The position numbers and the translations under genes are program-made. A DNA stretch of 64,000 nt. Source: Octopus sinensis. Its lineage: Eukaryota. The stretch's first letter is position 1. Every line of letters starts with the position of its first letter. Below, in pieces: positions 51,106 through 62,308 of this stretch. The DNA is taken from the NCBI RefSeq assembly GCF_006345805.1, contig NC_043017.1, forward strand, positions 18,662,001-18,726,000, in the 5' to 3' direction. Under the pieces are notes generated by a model. It worked only from the letters and a program-made list of their open reading frames with translations. It was not told the DNA's origin and ran no database searches.

Positions 51106-51720
51106 ATGGTGTGGACTGGTCCAGAACGTGCTTTTGCGGTTGAAACGTATATTAAGAATGGGGAATCTGTGATTACGACCCAGAGAGCTTTTCGTATTCA
51201 TTTCGGACTCAATCGAAATGATGCTGTTCCAGGCCGAAAATCGATATTGTTATGGACTGAAAGGTTCAGGACTACAGGTTCAGCGCTTAAAAAAAATCCA
51301 CCTGGAAGACCTCGGAGCATTCGAACTCCAGAAAATGTCCAAGCCGTGAGACAATATATTTTGCAATCACCTAACCGTTCAGCTCGGAAACATGCCTCTG
51401 CTCTAGGGTTGTCGGATCGAACACTCAGGAGAATTTTACACTCCGATCTCAACTTCGAACCGCAGAAAATGGTTATTAAGGAACTTCATAAATATGACTC
51501 GCCGAGTGAGGGAACTGCATCGCCGAATAATGTAACTAACTCGCCGAGTAATGTAACTGACTCGCCGAATAATGTAACTGACTCGTCGAATAATGTAACT
51601 TACTCGTCGAATAATGTAACTGACTCGCCGAGTAATGTAACTGACTCGCCGAGTAATGAAATCGACTCACGGAGTGATGAAAAACTTAAGAAACCAACTA
51701 CAACAGTTTATATCGATTAG
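51106..51720 (+). CDS. Tc1/mariner-superfamily transposase-derived ORF: N-terminal HTH (DUF4817-like) fused in frame to a DSPSNVT repeat; no catalytic domain
   Basis: MVWTGPERAFAVETYIKNGESVITTQRAFRIHF...PGRPRSIRTPENV...SARKHASALGLS...RRILH; 204 codons open. The transposase C-terminus (VMKNLRNQLQQFISIRDHHLENIIFK) follows in another frame, with a TIR-like end near 51845-51873. Confidence 0.75.
   Translation: MVWTGPERAFAVETYIKNGESVITTQRAFRIHFGLNRNDAVPGRKSILLWTERFRTTGSALKKNPPGRPRSIRTPENVQAVRQYILQSPNRSARKHASALGLSDRTLRRILHSDLNFEPQKMVIKELHKYDSPSEGTASPNNVTNSPSNVTDSPNNVTDSSNNVTYSSNNVTDSPSNVTDSPSNEIDSRSDEKLKKPTTTVYID
51496..51684 (+). repeat. 21-bp minisatellite, about 9 units (GACTCGCCGAGTAATGTAACT)
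   Basis: Units at 51496, 51517, 51538, 51559, 51580, 51601, 51622, 51643 and 51664. Confidence 0.9.
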
Positions 51721-53744
51721 AGACCACCATTTGGAGAATATCATTTTCAAAACCAATGTGAAACGAACTGTATTCCTTCAGGTTAATATTATTAAAATAC
51801 TTTTTCAAATAATATTTATTTTGGCCTTTTTGTCAACCTCTAAAATGTGGGAGTTTATTTTGCCTCTCTCACTAGTTATACATGCATTGGCTCGTTGTAA
51901 CTACAGTTTGTTGCTCCCAACCTCAATTTTTTTTCCTTGTTCTTGAAATTGCATTTTGTTTTTTCTTCGGTATTTTCAAAATGATATTTGGTAGACACAT
52001 TTCCTGGTTGACAAACAGCTGAGGACTTAAAAAACGAAATATGAGTAAATTGACCGGAAGTCATGACAGTGACCTCCCATGGTTTGGTTTCGTGTAAACA
52101 ATCTAACGTAAACGGTGAATAGAGCCTACATATATATCTCAAAAGACCGCTGTTTACATGTGTGAAACCTGTAATGTTCGTATATTTGAAACAGAAACGA
52201 AACTGTTTAAAGAACAGCCGTTACATAAAATAATTTATCGCTTGAGAAGAACAAGAAAAAGTGTAAAACCATAATAAAATCCGAAACTTAGAAACGACGG
52301 CCAAACTAAAGCGTTTGACCCGGTCATAGAAACCAAAAAAAAAAATAGTGTAATAGGTGTAAAACAACTTCCTCTAAACGAATATGACAAAAAAAATGGG
52401 CGCTCGCGAATGCGGTGGGGGGTCCTTGGAAAATTCACATCGTGAATTTCCGAAAGCGTCAGAGGGTCAGACCCGGGCACAAAAACCAAAAAAAGGCGTA
52501 ACTTCGGTGTAAGTACCGGATACATTTCAAGAAAGTGTTGTGTTTTTTTAATATATGGGGGGTTAGGATTAGGGGTGGGAGAAAAGGGTTTCTGTTATCT
52601 TCAGAAATGTAAACAAAGTCACGTGTGTACTTATACCGAAGCATCGCTAAAAAAAAAATAATAATGTAATATGTGTAAAACAACTTGCTCTAAACGAATA
52701 TGACAAAAGAAAATCCGCGCTCGCGAAAGAGGGGGTGGGGGAGAGGCCTTGGAAAATTCACATCGTGAATTTCCGAAAGCGTCTGACAACTTGCTGGCTT
52801 TGTGCCAAAATTTGTAGCCATTATTTATTATAGATATTTGCTGCAGTGATTTAGCAGAATTGTTAGCATGCCAGGTAAAACTTTTAGTGGCATTTCATTC
52901 ATCCTAATGTCCTGAGTTCAAATTTCACCAAGGTCGACTATGCCTATCATCCTTACAGGATCAATAAAACAAATCCCAGTTGATCCCTGGGGTCAATGTA
53001 ATCAGCCAACTCCATCCCCTGCACTCAAATTTCAAGCCTTGGGCCTAGAGAAGGCCCATGGCTTGATGACTTTGATAACTTTCGGCCAGTGTAGGCCCAG
53101 GATATTTCAAGATTTTATTATACTTTTTCCACTTCCAATATTTTTAATTTTCTAACTTAAAATTTTCAATTCTTAATTTCTAATATTTAATTTTTAATTT
53201 CAAATTTCAAAATTTTATTAATTTTTTTATATAGCCTTCCTTCCCCCCCCCCCATTAAATACCTGCCTGCCATTCATTAAATTTCAGTCTCCCACCCTTA
53301 TTAAATTTCGGTACCCCTGTTAATAGAACAGGCCCTTTCATTTTCATTATATAATGAGGACTGTTTTTAGTTTGGACATAGTTCCACTTTTGCTGATATA
53401 ATATTTCTGTATATGATCTCAGTTAGAAATTTATTTTTGATGGGGTGGACTAATTGAGGTGGAGGGGGAACCCCCCTAAATTGCGAGGAATGAAGAACAT
53501 CGCTGTGCGACTGAAGTCCTATGCTTAATGTTCTACGACAAGAAAAACTATTTCTGAATTTCAAAGAGTTAACAAAACTTTTGAAGCAGAAACACATGAC
53601 CCCACTAATTATTGAATACTTTTCAGCATTTCCCTGCTTCACTTAGTTCAATAATTATAATGTTGGGAAAGAAACTAAATGGTGCTGTTTAAAATTATAA
53701 ATAGGAAGCCCTGAGTTTACCATATTCTGTAGAGAAGTTCACAC

Positions 53745-53905
53745 ACGCGCGCATCTATATTACAATAGGTTTTATCACATGACTTAAACCTACCAATAAA
53801 ATTCAACTTCCGCTTTGCTTCTTGGACAGTGTCATTTATTCCATACGGTTCCAGTGTTGCTGATCTTTTCCAAGGCAGTGTTCTGCGATCCTAATTCCAT
53901 TGACA
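53745..53905 (+). promoter_or_regulatory. Probable promoter and exon 1 of ZNF-B
   Basis: GCGCGCAT, TATCACATGAC, CCAAT and ACTTCCG in order, followed by sequence paralogous to 43230-43350. Confidence 0.6.
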
Positions 53906-54517
53906 AAGCATATTTACCCATTCATTTTGACGTCCACTTACACACACAAACAATCTACGATATTTCTTAACCAACTCTTGGAAGCTAATAATGGACAGAG
54001 ACCAAGCTACTTTTCCACCAATTCAAACATCGGCGTTACTCAACTAGAATTATCCGAGGTATCTTTTTAGTTTAATGTTATTTCCATTTCTTCCTACGTC
54101 AATAAATTATGTTTGTTCTTATTCGATCAAACAACCTACATTTCGTTGATCTGTTCCGTCAGGACTTGAGCCGGGACTAAACGGCAACAACATTAACAAC
54201 CACACATTGAGAAGGGGCCCATACGTGCTATAAATAGCAGTCAGATCTTCCCTCGAATTACATTTTACTGTCTAAGGAGGGATGTTGCTTATTATAAACA
54301 GGACAAGAAAACTGAAAAATTAGAATGGAAAAAACGAAACGTTTTAGTTTCTGTTTATACAGTTACTCGTGTGTCTGTGTATATATTAGTAGTGTGTAGA
54401 TTCATTAAAAGTTTTATTTTAATAATCTGCTTTAATATGAAATATAACACTGACGTTCCAGCCATGACTATCCAACCAACAATGGAATGTTTTCGGAATT
54501 TTTCCAATTTGATCGAT

Positions 54518-54553
<36 letters not shown>

Positions 54554-55184
54554 GTTCAGAATTTCTAAATAGATGGATCTTTTCCTGCAAAGCTTAAAAA
54601 TATTTTCCTGAAATATATCTTTGAGGGTGCAGATTACGATTATCTCCATAAAATTTGAAAGGAAAAAATTTTTCTTGTAATTTCTACTTATATAGAAATG
54701 TAAATTTTCCACTGTTGACCTCTACCTTAAGTATCCCCTATATCTTATACTGTTTCTCTATTATTTCAGAAATAACAGGCAACGTTGATATAAAAGAATG
54801 TTTACCTGAGGTGTATCCCCAAACCTTTTATCATTTAAAGACTAAACGAAGACATTATGCACAACATACAACTCTGTTTATATAAATCTGTGGTAGAATT
54901 ATCATGAAGAATTTCCTCTTGAACTGAGATTATTTGCGACTTTGCTGTCTGGAACAACTACAAGACTTGTTTTACATTTCAATCCAAGTTGAAGTTTACA
55001 ATAGAAATGGTAGGAATGAAATATAAAAGTGAAGATAAGAAAAATGTCAGTATTTTGTAGTGAGGGAAGAACTATTATGGTTAATATATTGTATGAGAAG
55101 AAAATTAATTGTATAACAGTCTAAAAAGATTGATTTTTACTGATGGCATAAAGAAAGAGATACCTGCTGTGAAATATCTGTAAA

Positions 55185-56015
55185 ATGTCATCATCTGACG
55201 GTGATACAAGAAATATTGACAAATATATTCATAAAGAAGTGAATGCATATCAGTGTGATATCTGTGGTAAATCATTCTCTGTAAGTAGTCGTTTAACCAC
55301 TCACAAACGTAGTCACACAGGAGAGAAGCCATACCACTGTGGTATCTGTGGTAAATCATTCTCTCAGAGTAGTGCTTTAAGTACGCACAAACGCATTCAT
55401 ACGGGGGAAAAGCCACACCATTGTAGTGTCTGTGGTAAGTCATTCAGACTGAAACATTCCCTGACTATTCACGAACGTATTCATTCAGGAGAGAAACCAT
55501 ATCACTGTGATATTTGTGGCCAGTCATTCGCTGTAAGTGACCACTTAACGAAACACAGACGTATTCATACTGGAGAGAAACCATATGACTGTGATATCTG
55601 TGGAAAACTGTTCTCTGGAAGTAGTGATTTAACTACTCACAAACGTACTCATACAGGAGAGAGTCCATTTCATTGTGATTTCTGTGGTAAATCTTTCTCT
55701 AGAAATCCTGACTTAACTATTCACAAACGTACTCATACAGGAGAGAAGCCATATCACTGTGATACCTGTGGTAAAATGTTCTCTAGTGGTAGTAGCTTCA
55801 CTAGACACAAACGTATTCACACAGGAGAGAAGCCATATCTCTGTAATATCTGTGGTAAATCATTTGCTGTAGGTAGTGACTTAATTACTCACAAGCGTAC
55901 TCATACAGGAGAGACACCTTATCACTGTGATATCTGTGGCAAATCATTCTCTAGGAGTAATATGTTAACAACTCACAAACATATTCATAAAGGCGAGAAG
56001 GCCATTCCACTTTGA
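55185..56015 (+). CDS. C2H2 zinc-finger protein B, 276 aa, 9 fingers
   Basis: Nine intact fingers with TGEKP linkers; paralogous acceptor at 54769; AATAAA near 56302. Confidence 0.93.
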   Translation: MSSSDGDTRNIDKYIHKEVNAYQCDICGKSFSVSSRLTTHKRSHTGEKPYHCGICGKSFSQSSALSTHKRIHTGEKPHHCSVCGKSFRLKHSLTIHERIHSGEKPYHCDICGQSFAVSDHLTKHRRIHTGEKPYDCDICGKLFSGSSDLTTHKRTHTGESPFHCDFCGKSFSRNPDLTIHKRTHTGEKPYHCDTCGKMFSSGSSFTRHKRIHTGEKPYLCNICGKSFAVGSDLITHKRTHTGETPYHCDICGKSFSRSNMLTTHKHIHKGEKAIPL

Positions 56016-58067
56016 TATTTATGTCAAACTTGTTTTCTGACTGACATTACTTCAGATGATAAATATATTCATAGAAAGGAAAAAAGATAACAGATATCTG
56101 TGATAAAATCTCTGAGAAAGTAACAACTCCTGTATCTGTTGATACCAAACTATAGCAGTAGTACTGTCAAAAGTCATTCATCATCTTATAAAGATATTCA
56201 CACATGATAGAAGATATAACAATGTGATAACAACTCTTTTTTTTTTTTATAACCATAACTACATCTATATTGGTGAGATAACTTACCATTGTCATAATCT
56301 TAATAAAAGTAGATATATTCTATCTGACCTTGTCTCCAGAAAGGAGAAAAAGATACAGTTGATGTATTTGACATTGTGGGTAAACAACGGAGGCATGTAT
56401 TAAATCAGGGATAACAACAACGCATCTTTTTCTTTAAATAAAATATTTCATTATAACACAATAGGATATACTTTTAATATTTTGTGTGCATTATTTCATT
56501 ATCTAATCTATATGCTTAGATATTATTTACATGCATGGTACATATATTGGTGTAGGATAAAAAAGTTTAACCTCCAACTGTGGTTTCAGGTTCAGTCCCA
56601 TCACATGGCACCTTGGACATGTGTCTTCTATTTCAGCCCTGAACCAAGCTAAACCTTGACATAGGGTTTTGGTAAATGGAAACTGAAAGAAGCCTGTTGT
56701 GTGTGTGTACATACACACACACACATTCTTATATATGTATATATTAGTGTGTGTTTCACCTCTTTCTCTGCAAGACTTGTAACAGTTAAAGTATACAATC
56801 TCTGCTTCAGATTTCACTGCTGGTGTTGTACATAGAGAAAAGTGTCTCCATACATTGAAAACCAATGGGGAAAATGGGTAATAAATGTGTAAATATATAG
56901 ATTGATTTGATTAAAAGGAATTCATTAAGGATGTATCAAAGTGAAGCATGCCACAATTATTGGCTTAACAGAATGATGCAAAACAGACAATGTTATCATA
57001 GCACAGAATGCATTGATGATGAGGTATTCATTGTTGCTAGGTAATGCACAGCTCTGATAACATCCAAAAGTACTCAACAATGAATGGAACCTTAAGTGTG
57101 GCATAAAAACAGACAAATGGGTTACCTGGTACTACTTCAGTTGTTTTGTGAAGAATCTTAATTGTTACATAAACATGATACAGTTAGGTATACAGTAAGC
57201 ACAACCATAAAATTATGTAATGCTATGCAATTCCCAACTCATCAAGTTTACCGAATATACAAGCCAACAGTAACATGTTGACGTCTCAATAAATGAAATT
57301 TCAAATCAGAATTACCTTTAAGAAACGTGTGTGGGACTGTAATCAGTCAATTATGAAGGTGGACATCAGAATAAGGTTGTAAATTATAGAATTGTTAAAA
57401 GGTATATTTAAACTAAAGATGTCATTAAACTTAACGACACTACTCATAGAAATTAGTACTGGCAAAAGAGACCCATTTACTCTGTTATATTGTTTTATAG
57501 ATCAAAGGAGTGACATGGTTAATAAATTCAAGCATCTCTTATTCATTTTCATCCTATTGGTTAAAGCACACCTATTAATTACTGTAGAACTAATAGAATA
57601 TTGGCTATTATTAAGGGAAAAAATGCTGAGAAGCTATGAGAGAATGCAGGGTTAATTCAAAACAAAGGTTTGCAAAATTTCAAACCTTGGATCCCAGCAA
57701 TTTTGTTCACCAATATTTGCATGTTATTATTGAGAATAAAGCAAATTATGTAAGTCACATGATTAATAATAATAATAATTTAAACTTATGGGAAGCATTT
57801 AAGAAAATGTTAAAAGAATTGTAAAGGCCATAACTTGGAAGGATTAAGCAATTATAAGATACCAAAACTAAGATTAGAAGCAAATTGAATAAAGTTATTA
57901 AATTGTAAATTATATAAATTTTCAATCATTGATGTTAAGAGTATTAGGATACATCAGGCTACCTCTGTATAATCCATGAAGCTCATTACCAGTAATTAAG
58001 GTCTATATTGTAGAGTTACAGATACATAATCTGGCACTTGAGAATGCTTAATAGAATCATTTAAAGT

Positions 58068-58268
58068 TGAATTCTTTAGCATTCAGATTACTTTGTTAAA
58101 TATAACACGTTTTCATTGAAATTGCTTTGAATTAACCCTGCATTCTCATAGCTTCGAGGTTGTGATGATATGGTTGTTTATTTTTAGAATGTCAGTGTAG
58201 GTTAGGTGTGAGAGGTTGGATATGGCCAGTTTGAATATGAAACACAATGTTTGGGCTGGGATTGGCCA
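58068..58268. mobile_element. CCCTTTAGCATT-type MITE; relatives near 5385-5525 and 57625-57670
   Basis: CTTTAGCATT ... AATGCTAAAGGG ends; shared internal sequence. Confidence 0.6.
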
Positions 58269-60769
58269 GTTTAAATGCTAAAGGGTAAAAAAAAGTTCAA
58301 CAGATAGAATGTGGACATTTGATCCTTATCTGTCAATAACATCACCCATGCAGTTTAAGATTTCCAACAATTCCCAACAGCAGAGGTTGTAACTATATCA
58401 TAGCATAATACTTACCATATCCTAGCAACGTTCCCCATTAGATGACAATTGCTATTTTTGTCCTTTAACTTCCAGATCTTCACGAAGAGACACAAAACAA
58501 ATGACAAAGATAGGTGAAGGAACAACAAGCAGGTGTATTAGCTTAACTCTCAGGAAGAATGGAGAAGTCTTTGACGTTTCAAGCCTATGCTCTTCAACAG
58601 AACAGATTGGGAGGCAAAAAAAAAATGGAGAGAGAGAAAAATGTGTAGGGATTAACAGTTCAACACAGCACGAAACTATGCTGAGTCTAATGACATCATT
58701 GAATAAGTAATAAGTTTATTTAGTTTTAACTACTATATCTATCTATATATATACACAGTCACACACATTTGATTGTACATACAAAACTACATCCATAAAC
58801 TGCCCTTCTGTAAAATTTCAAACAATATTCTTGATAACTTCTCAAAATGCATTTTCAGTTTGCGATTACTTTCAAATATATATGTGTACTTATAAGAAAT
58901 GTTTTCTCTTCTATAATCCCCCATCTCTAATCAGAGACGAAGCTACCCACCCACCCTTTCTGTCTCTGTCTCTCTCTTCTGTTCACCTTGTACCTTGAGG
59001 ATACACCCTCACCATCTCCCTTTCCAACTGGGTAAGCCATATATTTCTTCTTCAGTCAGACACCTTGTCCTGTCCATCTGTCATACTTTCACCTCCCTCA
59101 ATACTTGCTCCCACTCAGTCGAGAGATCTTGACCACACTAGTGTTGTCGATGGCATTAAAACAGCACTCAGAAGACACTCTAAAGTGGTTGACATTAGAA
59201 GAGTATCCAGCTGTTGGAACCATAGAAAAAGCAGACATTGCAGTTTGGTGCAGTCAGTTCCTGCCAAACTGTTTGGCCCATGCTGGCATGGATTGAACAG
59301 ATGTTACATGATAATGATGGTTAATGCTATGTAATAACTTCAGAAGACTTCTCGATGATTGCCATATCCATAGCAGGTATGAATATGGTACAAGACATGA
59401 AGAAAGTGCAAAATTCTTGGACTTTTCTGATGCAATTTGCAACACACACTGGCCAGCCATCTCATCACCTACCAGCCAATCATCTGGGCATGCAAGTCAG
59501 ATGGTTTTCATTGTCACTAGGATATATAATAGACAGGCCACAGTGAATACCAAATCCTTTCATTATTGTCGTCCATTGTCCATGCTGGTATGGGTTGGAC
59601 AGTTTGATGAGGGTTGAGTGGCTGCACCAGGCTCCAGTCTGATTTGGCATAGTGTCTACGGCTGGATGCTCTTCCTAATGCCAACCACTCTGAGAGTGTA
59701 ACGAGTGCTTTTACATGTCACTGGCACAGGTGCCTGTTGTGTGACACCAGCATCTACCACAACTACGATTTCACTTGGCTTCATGGGTCTTCTCAAGCTT
59801 GACATATTGCTGAATGTTTCCGGTCATATGTCATTGCTTCCATGAGGCAAAACACTCGAAAGGTGCTTCTTATGTGCCACCAGCTTCAGCCATGTTGCCT
59901 CCGTGAGGCCCAATGCTCAGAAGGTACGTTTTACATGCCACAAAAAATTCACTGCACAAATTATTGGTGAGTGACTCCGGAGTCAGAGATAGGTGAACTC
60001 TGAGTCAAGAAGACATGGAAATTACGAGAATCTGAAGTTGTTAAAAAATTTACAGAAATTCTAGTTGGTACACACAAATGTAAGAAGGACAAAGATATAA
60101 AACTCTGCTCTCTTTCTTTTATTTTCCTCCGATCATCTTTACCTTTAAGAAGGCCTGTTTGTCCACCCAGCCATGGCAATTTCACTGTACTTTTCCTGTA
60201 AACTTTATGTACACACACACGCACATCTTTTAGTCTTGAAAAGCGATAACTGAATTAGATGAATTCCATTGTCCAGGTAAAGGTTTATACCTACAATTAA
60301 TCAATATTGAAGGAATGTAATCAAATGTCCACTGTTGAATGTCTTCAGTTGAAGTATCCTCTATGTCTTATATTGTTTCTCTCTTCTTTTTTTTTCCAGA
60401 ATATCTTGTATCTTATGCGGACAAAAATGGTTTTTACTTGAGATCCATCTTCAATATTCATCATCATTTAAAGACTAAAAATGGATGTTTGAGAGAACAG
60501 ATACACCCTTGTTTATATCAATCTCAGGTAAAATTTCTGGGAAATATTTCCTATGAATAGAGAACACTGACGAAGTTTCCTTAATTCACTGGTACAAGAT
60601 GATGTTTGCATTGTAATTAATTTTGGATTACAAAAGCATTTCCAGTATTTTCAAATAAAGACAAAGATCACACTCGATAAAGATGTAGAAGAAATATTTA
60701 TCAGGGATAAACTTATAAAGATCAAAATAAGACTAACATCTGTATGTTGTGTGGGAGAGAAAAAAAGTG

Positions 60770-62308
60770 ATGGAAAATGAATTCTGTGAGAAGATTAAAG
60801 TTGAAGCACAACCTGAAAGAATTGATTTTATTGATAATATAAAGAAAGAGAAAGAAGAAACTATATACCATTGTAATATATGCGGCAAATCATTCTCTGG
60901 GAAAGACAGCCTAACTACTCACAAAGATATTCATACAGGAGAAAAACCACATCACTGTGATGTCTGTGGTAAATCATTCTCAGCTATTGGTTCCTTAAAT
61001 ACTCACAAACGAATTCACACAGGAGAGAAACCATATCTCTGTAATATCTGTGGTAAATCATTCTCCCAAGTAGGTCACTTAATTACACACAAGCGTATTC
61101 ACACAGGAGAGAAGCCATACCACTGTGATATCTGTGGTAAATCATTCTCTGAAAAGGGTGTCCTAAAAAAACACAAATACATTCATACAGGAGATAAACC
61201 TTATCTCTGTGACGTCTGTGGGAAATCATTCTCTCAACAAGGGATCTTAACTAAACACAAGCGCACTCATACAGGAGAGAAACCATATCACTGTGACATA
61301 TGTGGTAAATCATTCTCTGCAAGTGGTAACTTACTTAAACACAAACATATTCATATAAGAGATAAACCTTATCGTTGTGACGTCTGTGATAAATCATTCT
61401 CTCAGAGACATTCCTTAGCTGCTCACATATGTATTCATACAGGAAAGAACCCATTTGACAGTGATATCCATGGTAAATTATTCAATGAAACTAGTCACTT
61501 AAGTAAGCACAAAAGTCTTCCGACAGCAGGAAAGCTATATCACTGTGATATCTGTGGTAGATCATTCTCTCAAAGTAGTAACTTAGTTACACACAAACAT
61601 ATGCATACAGCAGAGAAGCCATATCCTTGTGATATCTGTGGCAAATCATTCTCTCTAAGTGTTAACTTAACTACACACAAACGCATTCATACAGGAGAGA
61701 AACCATATCACTGTGACATATGTAGTAAATCATTCTCTGCAATTAATAACTTAATTAAACACAAACATATTCATATAAGAGATAAGCCTTATCATTGTGA
61801 CATCTGTGATAAATCATTCTCTCAGAGACATTCCTTAGCTGCACACATATGTATTCATACAGGGAAGAAGCCATTTGACAGTGATATCCATGGTAAATTA
61901 TTCAATGAAACTAGTCACTTAAGTAAACACAAAAGTCTTCAGACAGCAGAAAAGCTATATCACTGTGATATCTGTGGTAGATCATTCTCCCAAAGTGGTA
62001 ACTTAACTACACACAAACACATCCATACAGGAGATAAACCGTATCCCTGTGAGATTTGTGGTAAATCATTCTCTCAAAGTGGTAACTTGGCTATACACAA
62101 ACGTATGCATACAGGAGAGAAGCCTTATCCTTGTGATATCTGTGGAAAGTCATTCTCTCTAAGAGGTAACTTAACCACACACAAACGCGTTCATTCAGGG
62201 GATAAACCATATCACTGTGACATATGTGGTAAATCATTTTCTGCAAATGGTAACTTAATTACACACAAGCATATTCATATAGGAGAGAGAGAAACCATAC
62301 CACTGTAA
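60770..62308 (+). CDS. C2H2 zinc-finger protein C, 512 aa from the first ATG, 15 intact and 2 degenerate fingers
   Basis: ATG at 60770 ([10 protein letters not shown]...); the ORF track starts at a GTG; paralogous acceptor at 60399; AATAAA near 62432. Confidence 0.93.
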   Translation: MENEFCEKIKVEAQPERIDFIDNIKKEKEETIYHCNICGKSFSGKDSLTTHKDIHTGEKPHHCDVCGKSFSAIGSLNTHKRIHTGEKPYLCNICGKSFSQVGHLITHKRIHTGEKPYHCDICGKSFSEKGVLKKHKYIHTGDKPYLCDVCGKSFSQQGILTKHKRTHTGEKPYHCDICGKSFSASGNLLKHKHIHIRDKPYRCDVCDKSFSQRHSLAAHICIHTGKNPFDSDIHGKLFNETSHLSKHKSLPTAGKLYHCDICGRSFSQSSNLVTHKHMHTAEKPYPCDICGKSFSLSVNLTTHKRIHTGEKPYHCDICSKSFSAINNLIKHKHIHIRDKPYHCDICDKSFSQRHSLAAHICIHTGKKPFDSDIHGKLFNETSHLSKHKSLQTAEKLYHCDICGRSFSQSGNLTTHKHIHTGDKPYPCEICGKSFSQSGNLAIHKRMHTGEKPYPCDICGKSFSLRGNLTTHKRVHSGDKPYHCDICGKSFSANGNLITHKHIHIGERETIPL

